From contig CAVOEV010000001.1 of assembly GCA_963694825.1 (NCBI GenBank), positions 223-64,222 of the forward strand: a stretch of DNA of 64,000 nt. Reading direction: 5' to 3'. Origin of the DNA: Planctomycetota bacterium (GTDB lineage Bacteria; Planctomycetota; Planctomycetia; Planctomycetales; Planctomycetaceae). The position numbers were made by a program, and so were the translations under genes. Shown here piece after piece: positions 56,009 to 64,000 of this stretch. The notes under the pieces were generated by a model. That model was not told the origin of the DNA, made no database searches, and worked only from the letters and a program-made list of their open reading frames with translations. Position 1 is the first letter of the stretch. Every line of letters starts with the position of its first letter.

Positions 56009-58395
56009 GCTGGGCTCCCAGACGCATTGGCGGACGTGTCTGGAGGCGTGGTTGTCCGTCCGAGTTTCACGAGCAGTGCCAGTGCGACCAGTGCGGCTGG
56101 CACAAGGACGGGCCAGTCGTAGTGCAATCCGGAGCCTCCTGCGGCAACGGTCACGCGTTCCTGGATGACTGAGATGGCGTTGAATGTGAGGTGGAACAGG
56201 AGTCCCGGCCAGATGCTTCGGGACCGGATGGCCAGCAGTCCGAGCACGAGTCCCAGCAGTGTGGCGTAGAACACCTGTTGGGGGATCATGTGGACGGCTC
56301 CGAAGGCGACGGCCGAGATCACGACGGCGAGTGTGTGTCGTCCGGGGCGGTTGAAGGCCGAGAGCACATAGCCTCGAAAAAGGAATTCTTCGCAGACGGC
56401 CGGCGTGACCGCGATCGCGAGCAGCACGAGCCATGCAGGTTGAGCGGGTCCGAGCATTTTTTCGAGGAAGTCTCGACTGCCTTCGGGCAAGCCTGGCGGG
56501 AAGAACCACTGGAGGTGGTTCATCAGTTCGTGGACGAGTGGGTGGAGTGCAACGGCGAGTGTGGTGGCGAGGGCGAGCGAAGCGATGGTGGGTTGTCGCA
56601 GTCGAAAAGTGGCTCGGACGTCCTTGAGCAGGGTGCAGGCGAGCAGCCAGGCGGGGAACAGGAACAGCAGGACTTGCTGAGCGATCAGTGCGTAGATGGC
56701 GGCGCGTGGTTGTTGGCTTGAGTCGAGCGAAGCGAGCCAGTTGCCCAGGGGTTGCATCAGCAGCAGTTGTCCGAGCATGGCAATGCCCAAGCAGGTCCAG
56801 GCGGCTGGGGGCCCGGGGAGGTTGGGTTTGTGAGTCCGGAGTCGTTTGAGCCAGAGTCTCAGGTCGAAGCGTTCGGCTTCGCGAAACAGCACCGATTCGC
56901 TGTGGAACTGTGCGACGGCCCACCAGAGTGCCAGGCCGGCGTAGGCAAAGCTGGCTGCGAGGACTGCGGGCAGGTAGGCGAGGGTTTCGGCCGAGTCGGG
57001 ATCGAGCATCAGTTGTTTGAGCAGCAGAACCGGTCCGATGACGGGGAGGACCGAGTGAAACGGCTGGATGTCGATTCCCGGTGCGGCGGTCATGGCCACG
57101 AGCAGCATCACGACGATCATCAGTGGCGAGAGGTAGTATTGTCCTTCGCGCGTGCTGCGGGCGAAGGTGGCGAGTGCGAGACTGAGTGCGCTAAAGAGAG
57201 CGGCGAGGGGGACGAGCATGACCAGGATCCACAGCATGCCTGCGATCGAGGGGGCGACAACCGCGATCCCGGCGTCGGGATTGACCTGGGCGACGAGTTG
57301 GAACATGTAGCTGGCGGTCAGTCCGAGGCTGACAAGGTTCAGGAGTGCAGTGGTGAGGCTGAAGACGAGTACGGTGAAGAACTTGGCCAGGACCAGTTCG
57401 ATGCGTCGGACGGGGCTGATCAACAGTGTTTCCATGGTCCCGCGTTCCTTCTCGCCGGCGGCCAGATCGACTGCGGGGTAGAAGGCGCCGGTGACGGTCA
57501 TCAGGACCAGGATGATCGGGTAGAGTTTGCTCCAGACCAAAGCGGATTTCCGGGCTTCGCCAACCACCTGGACGACCGTGGCCGCGACGGGAGCGGGGAG
57601 CGACGTGGGCAGCCCGGCGGCTTCGAGTCTGAGTCGCAGCAGTTCCTGCTCCCAGGCCTCGAACACTCGCTCGACACGTCGTGAAGCGACCATCGACTTC
57701 TCGTCGCCGTTGACCAGGATCACGGGTCGGGGGTAGTCGGCGTCGGTCTGGTCTTGGTTCTGGTCTTGGTTCTGGTCTTGGTTCTGGTCTTGGTTCTGGT
57801 CTTGGTTCTGGCCTTGAGTTATCGACGCGATCTGTCGGTTGACCTGTTCGAGCCGATCTCGGAAGCCGTCGGGGATGACGACGAGCACATCGATGTGCGC
57901 ATCGCGGAGCATGGCGTTGATGGATTCGTTGAGTCGTGCCAGTTGGGATGCGGTGCCGGGTGTTTGGGGTTGTGGGGTGTCGTGGGTCGAGTCGATCAGT
58001 TGTTGTCGTTGCTGGTAGAGGCGGCGTACGTTGTGGGCGATTTCGAATCGCCGTGCGGGGTCGGTGTTGTCGGCGGCTTGTTTGGATGCTGATCCAGAGG
58101 TTTCGACAGTGAGTGTTCGTGCATCGTCGGGGTTGGCGAACCATCGTGAGTCGAAGGCGGATCCTTGGATCAGTTGGGGTTCGGGCAGCGAATTGGAGCC
58201 GAGAACGACGACGGTTCGGGGCTTTTCGTTGAAGAGGACTGCCATCTGCAGCATGCCGATCCCCAAGGCGGGGTAGAGCAGGACGGGCAGGGCCAGCACC
58301 ATGAACAGTGTGCGGCGATCGCGGATCTGGTCCCGGAGTTCTCGGAAGAACACGATTCGGATCTTGCGGAGATCGAGGCGAGGTGTGGCGGTCAT
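56005..58395 (-). CDS. ABC-2 (NatB-like) transporter permease fused to a CPBP/CAAX-type intramembrane glutamic protease domain
   Basis: The N-terminal part has one TM helix, a large extracytoplasmic loop and 5 further TM helices (ABC-2 layout). The C-terminal 230 aa carry the CPBP motifs EEFLFRG, FGAVH and HLTFN. Confidence 0.85.
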   Translation of the reverse strand: MTATPRLDLRKIRIVFFRELRDQIRDRRTLFMVLALPVLLYPALGIGMLQMAVLFNEKPRTVVVLGSNSLPEPQLIQGSAFDSRWFANPDDARTLTVETSGSASKQAADNTDPARRFEIAHNVRRLYQQRQQLIDSTHDTPQPQTPGTASQLARLNESINAMLRDAHIDVLVVIPDGFRDRLEQVNRQIASITQGQNQDQNQDQNQDQNQDQNQDQTDADYPRPVILVNGDEKSMVASRRVERVFEAWEQELLRLRLEAAGLPTSLPAPVAATVVQVVGEARKSALVWSKLYPIILVLMTVTGAFYPAVDLAAGEKERGTMETLLISPVRRIELVLAKFFTVLVFSLTTALLNLVSLGLTASYMFQLVAQVNPDAGIAVVAPSIAGMLWILVMLVPLAALFSALSLALATFARSTREGQYYLSPLMIVVMLLVAMTAAPGIDIQPFHSVLPVIGPVLLLKQLMLDPDSAETLAYLPAVLAASFAYAGLALWWAVAQFHSESVLFREAERFDLRLWLKRLRTHKPNLPGPPAAWTCLGIAMLGQLLLMQPLGNWLASLDSSQQPRAAIYALIAQQVLLFLFPAWLLACTLLKDVRATFRLRQPTIASLALATTLAVALHPLVHELMNHLQWFFPPGLPEGSRDFLEKMLGPAQPAWLVLLAIAVTPAVCEEFLFRGYVLSAFNRPGRHTLAVVISAVAFGAVHMIPQQVFYATLLGLVLGLLAIRSRSIWPGLLFHLTFNAISVIQERVTVAAGGSGLHYDWPVLVPAALVALALLVKLGRTTTPPDTSANASGSPA
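57747..57818. repeat. 12-bp in-frame tandem repeat TCTGGTCTTGGT x5 plus a degenerate sixth copy
   Basis: Read directly. It encodes (QNQD)n in the extracytoplasmic loop of the ABC-2/CPBP protein. Confidence 0.95.
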
Positions 58396-59194
58396 GAGCG
58401 GGTTTCGGGTCCGTCATCGTGTTCTATGTCGTTGGTTGTCGACTGGGCCGGAGTCCTGTCGTGTTCGAACTGCGAGACGATGCTGAAGAAGTGTTCCTCG
58501 AGGTTGGGTTGGTTGGATTCGGCGAGGATGTCGGCTTGTGTCCCTGTAGCGAGGATGCTGCCCCGGTGGATGATGGCCAGTCGATCGCACAGCCGTTCGA
58601 CCTCGCTCATGATGTGCGTCGAGTAGATGATGCATTTGCCCTGGTCTCTGAGTCGTGCAACGGTATCGAGTACGGCTCGAGCGACGAGCACATCGAGGCC
58701 ATTGGTGGGCTCGTCGAAGATCAGGACTGGCGGGTCGTGGACGAGGGCACGAGCGATCGAGACTTTTTGTCTCATCCCGGTCGAGAGTCGGATATTGAGT
58801 GTGTCGGCGAATTCGTGGATCGAGAGTTTTGTGAAGAGGTCGTGGATGGTCTTGGCCAGGCGAACTTCATCGAGTCCATGGAGTCGCCCGAAGTACTCGA
58901 CCGTTTCGCGGGCGGTCATGCGGTCGTAGAGGCCGGTGGTTCCGGAGAGGAACCCGATGCAGGATCTGACCTGTCCGGGGTGCTGAACGATATCGTGTCC
59001 GTCGATCGATGCGGTCCCGGCGGTGGGTGAGAGGATGGTGGCGAGTAGTCTGAGGCAGGTGGTTTTTCCGGCTCCGTTTGGTCCGAGCAATCCGAAAATT
59101 TCACCGGGTGCGACATCGAAACTGACGGAATCCAGAGCGACGACTTCGCCCTGCTGCAGATCGGGGAAGGTCTTGGAGAGGTCCCGAACCCGGA

Positions 59195-59198
<4 letters not shown>
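58392..59198 (-). CDS. ABC transporter ATP-binding protein (NatA-like)
   Basis: Walker [10 protein letters not shown], signature LSTGMRQK, Walker B VLIFDEP. ATG 59198 overlaps the upstream stop (ATGA), and its own stop overlaps the permease start (ATGA). Confidence 0.9.
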
Positions 59199-60319
<1,121 letters not shown>

Positions 60320-60375
60320 GGCGAGGGGGTTGTTCTGTTGTGTGGGTGGGGTTGGGCGTGGATTGACGGTGAGAA

Positions 60376-61239
60376 TTAACCGGGATGCAGGATGGGCTGT
60401 GCGGTTAGAGTGGTGTCGCGGAAGATCAGTTCGAGGTTGTCGGAGGCGAGGCCCTGTTCGACGGCCAGTCGTTGGAACAATTCCATCCCGTACCGTTCGG
60501 CTGCTCCGAGGTGGAAGTGCAGGTTGTGCTTGAGGTAGTCGGCGGCTGCGGAACTCGAGATGCCAAGTGCGTCCGATTCGCGTTGTGCGATTTGATCGAG
60601 ACGTTCGAGTCCGAGGTCTCGGGCTGTGGCGAGTGTTTCGGGGACCCGTCCGAGTGGTGTACCGCGTCGAGTGGCCCAGACGGCGAACACGAAGGGCAAC
60701 CCGGTCCATTGGCTCCAGACTTCGCCCAGATCCCAGGTCGCGATGAAGGACTCGTCCAACGGACGCATCGCGCGGTCGCCAATCAGCAACACGGCGTCGG
60801 CCGAGCTGGCATCGACGGATCGACCCAGCGGTAAGGGTTCGAGTTCGGGGTGTAAGCCGTACTGTTCGGCGAGGAGAATTCGGGCCAGAGCTGCACTGGT
60901 GCGTGATCCCTCGTCGAGAGCGAGGGTTGTGATCGAGTTCACTGGGACACGGCTGTAGAGCTTGACCGAGAGGACCGGGCCATGAGTGGCGACGCAGGCG
61001 TCGGTGACCACTTCGTAGTTGGAATTACGGAGACACTCGATCGATGGCACCAGGGCCACATCCAGTCGACCGGCCTCGAGATCGTCGGCCAGGCGGCTGG
61101 GATAGTCGAGCACCAAGATGGCACCAGGGGCCATTCGAGATAACTCGGACTCGAGACCCTCTATCAATGGCTTGGAGTTCAGGTAATTGACCGCACCGAT
61201 GCGGATTCGCGGCGGATCGGTCGGCACCGCATTACTCAT
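60376..61239 (-). CDS. mqnA: Chorismate dehydratase (menaquinone via futalosine, step 1)
   Basis: IRIGAVNYLNSKPLIEGL, DVALVPSIE and PFVFAVWATR are the MqnA/periplasmic-binding-like fold signatures. ATG 61239. Confidence 0.85.
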   Translation of the reverse strand: MSNAVPTDPPRIRIGAVNYLNSKPLIEGLESELSRMAPGAILVLDYPSRLADDLEAGRLDVALVPSIECLRNSNYEVVTDACVATHGPVLSVKLYSRVPVNSITTLALDEGSRTSAALARILLAEQYGLHPELEPLPLGRSVDASSADAVLLIGDRAMRPLDESFIATWDLGEVWSQWTGLPFVFAVWATRRGTPLGRVPETLATARDLGLERLDQIAQRESDALGISSSAAADYLKHNLHFHLGAAERYGMELFQRLAVEQGLASDNLELIFRDTTLTAQPILHPG

Positions 61240-61542
61240 GTGACCTGGTGACTCGATGTCGGCAAGAGAATGGGAAACAACAGGAGCGGGCATTATAAGG
61301 TCTCGTGGTGGGTCTCTGAAACCGTCGGATGATCGGCTTCTGGTCAGTTGCAGGAGTCCAGCGTCTGCCGGTACGTCCTGCTGTTGGGTTGACCGTGCTG
61401 GGCGCGGCCTTTTAACGGCCAATTGTCCTTTTCCCCGGCATGCTCGGCGTTGGCCTGGGGAAAAGTGAAAACCGTTCATCCGTTCTGGCGCCTGCGACCG
61501 ATAGTGCGAAACAGACACATCGGAGACTCCCGATGCAACATA

Positions 61543-61571
61543 TTGACTCGAACAGTGTCTCTGGATACGAT
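61543..61571 (+). promoter_or_regulatory. Candidate sigma70-type promoter (TTGACT-N17-TACGAT)
   Basis: Read directly in the 458-bp intergenic region, about 125 nt upstream of the DUF1501 ATG at 61698. Confidence 0.3.
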
Positions 61572-61697
61572 CCACTCGGTCGATGGCACAGAGTTTCGGC
61601 CGACGGAGTTGTAGTGCTGTTGCGCGTTGGGCGAGATGTGTTGGCTACTGAGTGAGCAGTGTGGTGGGACCGGGTCTGTCTTTGAGGGAGATGTATC

Positions 61698-62999
61698 ATG
61701 TTGACAGTGACAACGGATCGACGTTACCGGGACTGCGACGGGACGACACGTCGTGACTTTCTGCGGGTTGGCGGCTTGGGGGCGATGGGTCTGGGCGGTT
61801 TGATGCAGGCTCGCAGTGCCGTCGCGGCGGCCAGCGGTCAATCTGCGAATCAGACGTCGGTGGTATGGCTCTGGCTGGGCGGCGGTCCGACACATGTCGA
61901 GACATTCGACCCGAAGATGACGGCTCCGGTCGAGTACCGCAGCGTGACGGGTGCAGTCCAGACACGGATCCCGGGCGTTTCTCTGGGCGGCAATTTTCAG
62001 CAGATGGCCCAGGTGGCCGACAAGATGGCATTTGTCCGCTCTTTTCATCATGGCAACAGTGGTCATGGTGGCGGGACGCACTGGGTGATGACCGGCTACA
62101 ACAACCGCGGCATCGACAACGGCGGCCTACCTTCACGGCCGTCGATCGGATCGATCGCATCGAAGTCCCGCGGTCCGAACCATCGGGACACGGGGATGCC
62201 GACGTACGTGCGGATTGGTGGGATTGCTTCTGACGGCCCGGCCTTTCTGGGCACACCGTACGCTCCGTTTGGCAGCAGTGGCGAGGCCCGCAACAACATG
62301 AATCTGCAGACTCGGGTCGAACGTCTCGAGGACCGGCGTGGCCTGTTGAGTGGTCTGGACCGTTTACGCCGCACGGCAGACCGCAACGGCGTCGTCGAGG
62401 GACTCAACGCTTTCGAGCAGCAGGCCTTCAACCTGGTATTGGGCAAGGCGCCTCGAGCATTTGATCTGAAGCAAGAGGATCCTCGCACGGTCGCCAAGTA
62501 CGGTAGTGGCCTGGGCAGCAGCCTGTTGATGGCTCGACGATTGTGCGAAGCCGGCTGTGGTTTTGTGACGATGTCGTATGGTGGATGGGACATGCACAGC
62601 AACATCGAGGGTGCGATGAACAGTCGCGGGCCGGTTGTCGACCGCGCGGTGTCGACATTCGTGGACGACGTGAGTCAGCGTGGTTTGTCGGACCGGATCC
62701 TGTTGGTGATCACCGGCGAATTTGGTCGGACTCCAAAGATTAATCGTAATCGGGGACGTGACCACTGGGCACCTCTTTCGACGCTGGCTCTCTCGGGTGG
62801 CGGATTGCGGATGGGCCAGGCGGTTGGGGAGTCCGACACCAAGGCCTACCGGCCCAAGAGCGATCCAGTCACGCCTCAGGACCTGATGGCCACGGTGTTC
62901 CACGTACTGGGCATCGATCCTCAGATCCAGTTCAGCGATCCGGGTGGTCGACCCGTGTCGATGATTGAGGACGGCGAGGCGATTGCGAGCCTGGTCTGA
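61698..62999 (+). CDS. DUF1501 domain protein (second copy)
   Basis: TRRDFLRVGGLGAMGLGGL leader, WLGGGPTHVETFDPK and RDHW. It is a paralogue of 41892..43283. Confidence 0.85.
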   Translation: MLTVTTDRRYRDCDGTTRRDFLRVGGLGAMGLGGLMQARSAVAAASGQSANQTSVVWLWLGGGPTHVETFDPKMTAPVEYRSVTGAVQTRIPGVSLGGNFQQMAQVADKMAFVRSFHHGNSGHGGGTHWVMTGYNNRGIDNGGLPSRPSIGSIASKSRGPNHRDTGMPTYVRIGGIASDGPAFLGTPYAPFGSSGEARNNMNLQTRVERLEDRRGLLSGLDRLRRTADRNGVVEGLNAFEQQAFNLVLGKAPRAFDLKQEDPRTVAKYGSGLGSSLLMARRLCEAGCGFVTMSYGGWDMHSNIEGAMNSRGPVVDRAVSTFVDDVSQRGLSDRILLVITGEFGRTPKINRNRGRDHWAPLSTLALSGGGLRMGQAVGESDTKAYRPKSDPVTPQDLMATVFHVLGIDPQIQFSDPGGRPVSMIEDGEAIASLV

Positions 63000-63038
63000 G
63001 CTTGACGAGCCGGCGGTTTTCTTTGAGCCGGGTTCTTG

Positions 63039-64000
63039 TCAGTGTCGGCAGCAGCGGCGAAACAGCACTCCGCCGGCGACCAGCAGCATCCCGTTGCCGA
63101 TCCACATGGCCCAGGCCGGGTCGATCGCCCCGGCCCGTGATTGGCTCATGCAGAGAATCACGATCGGGTAGTAGAGCAGGATGATTGGAAGGAAGCAGAT
63201 GAGGAAATTGGTCAGGATTTGTCGTCTCGCCTGCGTGATGGCCAGCGGGGCTCCGACGAGGACGAAGAAGAAACAGCTGCTGGAGAAGGCTATCCGGCTG
63301 TGCAGTTCGGTTCTCAGTCTGGCATGAGTCGAGTGCAGGTCTTTGACTTGTCGTGCGGCGGTCTTGTCGAGTGACCACGACTGGAAGTCCCCGGTGGTCA
63401 AGTTGAAGCAGGCCTTGATGGCTTTGTGTTCGTCGATTGCTTTGAGTTGACGTTCCTGTTCGGCGAGTTGTCGTTCGAGCGTATCGATACTCATGTGTCT
63501 CGGCTTGGCGCGATTCAGGCCTCCGGGCAGTGGCAGAGCCCGTGTCTCTTCGGCGAGCCAGATCGACCCGTGACCGGGCACATCGAGGTGGCAATCGGTG
63601 AGTTTCAGGAGTATTCGTCCCTGTTGGGAATCGAATTCGAGGCTGGCCTGTCGCGCCTGTGCGGTGACGGGGTGTCCACCGGCCGAGGTGAACTTGACGA
63701 TTGGGCGTTGCAGTGTCTGCCCCGAGACACCTCGGACGGAGATCGACATACCGGCCTGCGGCAGGGCGAGTTCGTTCTGAGTCTTGAGCATGTCGAGCAC
63801 GATGTCTTCCATGGCCATGGCGACCACGCTGCGGATATTGCCGACGGACCAGGGGATGGCCTGGTCGGTGAGCATCAGCGATCCGGCGCTGAGAAGGCCT
63901 CCGAGGAAGAGGGCGGGCCAGAGCATAGTGAGGATGGGGATGCCGGCCGCTTTGGCTGCCGTAACTTCCTGGTTGGCGGCCATTCGGCCATAGACGATAC
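63039..64000 (-). CDS. LptF/LptG family permease, 5'-truncated by the window end
   Basis: C-terminal 3-TM bundle (RIAFSSSCFFFVLVGAPLA..., FLPIILLYYPIVIL, WAMWIGNGMLLVAGGVLF). The reading frame stays open to position 64000 (..IVYGRMAANQE). Confidence 0.8.
   Translation of the reverse strand, partial: IVYGRMAANQEVTAAKAAGIPILTMLWPALFLGGLLSAGSLMLTDQAIPWSVGNIRSVVAMAMEDIVLDMLKTQNELALPQAGMSISVRGVSGQTLQRPIVKFTSAGGHPVTAQARQASLEFDSQQGRILLKLTDCHLDVPGHGSIWLAEETRALPLPGGLNRAKPRHMSIDTLERQLAEQERQLKAIDEHKAIKACFNLTTGDFQSWSLDKTAARQVKDLHSTHARLRTELHSRIAFSSSCFFFVLVGAPLAITQARRQILTNFLICFLPIILLYYPIVILCMSQSRAGAIDPAWAMWIGNGMLLVAGGVLFRRCCRH

Noticed and set aside
56009-56923. Upstream 305 codons of the 705-aa ORF containing the amidohydrolase
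   Set aside because: It is an R/P/T-rich alternate frame over the CPBP domain of the permease. The same artefact affects 59199..59423, 60320..60709, 61240..61575 and 51754..51891.
57191-58417. 408-aa minus-strand ORF in an alternate frame of the ABC-2 permease
   Set aside because: It is extremely P/R-rich, including translation of the 12-bp repeat as PEPRPEPR. The permease frame has TM helices and CPBP motifs.
61423-61655. 63- and 71-aa + strand ORFs in the mqnA/DUF1501 intergenic region
   Set aside because: They overlap each other in different frames and have no start context or recognisable features. I treat the region as a non-coding leader.

Overview
This is a high-GC bacterial chromosomal segment, roughly 60% GC from spot counts on individual lines. 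The gene content suggests Planctomycetota, possibly Pirellulales-like, but this is inference only. The supporting genes are two DUF1501 proteins with Tat-like leaders, an ECF sigma/Ser-Thr kinase pair, a fused SecDF, futalosine-pathway menaquinone genes, an FhcC-like protein, a PQQ-type beta-propeller and RI-type LRR membrane proteins. I call about 52 protein genes, mostly in tight co-directional arrays, many with ATGA/GTGA start-stop overlaps. I recognised no rRNA, tRNA, CRISPR array, transposase, integrase or phage gene, so this looks like core chromosome rather than a mobile island. All functional calls come from reading motifs in the supplied translations; no database search was possible. 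Main blocks, left to right: (1) FhcC-like, AMP-ligase and NAD-epimerase genes. (2) A secreted protein and a zinc-ribbon/helical-repeat protein. (3) ArsM-like, M50 protease, lipoprotein, hisS, rhomboid, ECF sigma, Ser/Thr kinase and heptosyltransferase genes. (4) fabI and a GT-C glycosyltransferase. (5) GspF-like, tgt, yajC, an extra membrane protein and LRR-SecDF. (6) rpe, a His-less phosphatase-fold protein, accD, a mini-kinase and tsaB, followed by gap. (7) DUF1501, NHL, LRR and LptF/G genes. (8) skp, lpxC, lpxA and a Gfo/Idh/MocA oxidoreductase. (9) A long minus-strand array of mqnA, an MqnE/C-family radical SAM gene, an ABC ATPase, an ABC-2 permease fused to a CPBP protease, an aminofutalosine-deaminase-like gene, two unknowns and a methyltransferase. 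(10) DUF1501 and LptF/G. The observations I consider most worth following up are these: a ~35-aa C-terminal tail shared by the M50 protease and the rhomboid, next to the ECF/kinase pair; an ABC-2/CPBP transporter translationally coupled inside the futalosine genes; an LRR module inserted into the periplasmic part of SecD within an elaborated tgt-yajC-secDF operon; a histidine-phosphatase-fold protein lacking both catalytic histidines, near a minimal kinase with an HRDICPRN catalytic loop; and a G-quadruplex-capable 9-bp tandem repeat in a divergent promoter region. Because of the high GC content, many long ORFs in the six-frame track are antisense or alternate-frame shadows. Several real genes also start well inside their listed ORF.
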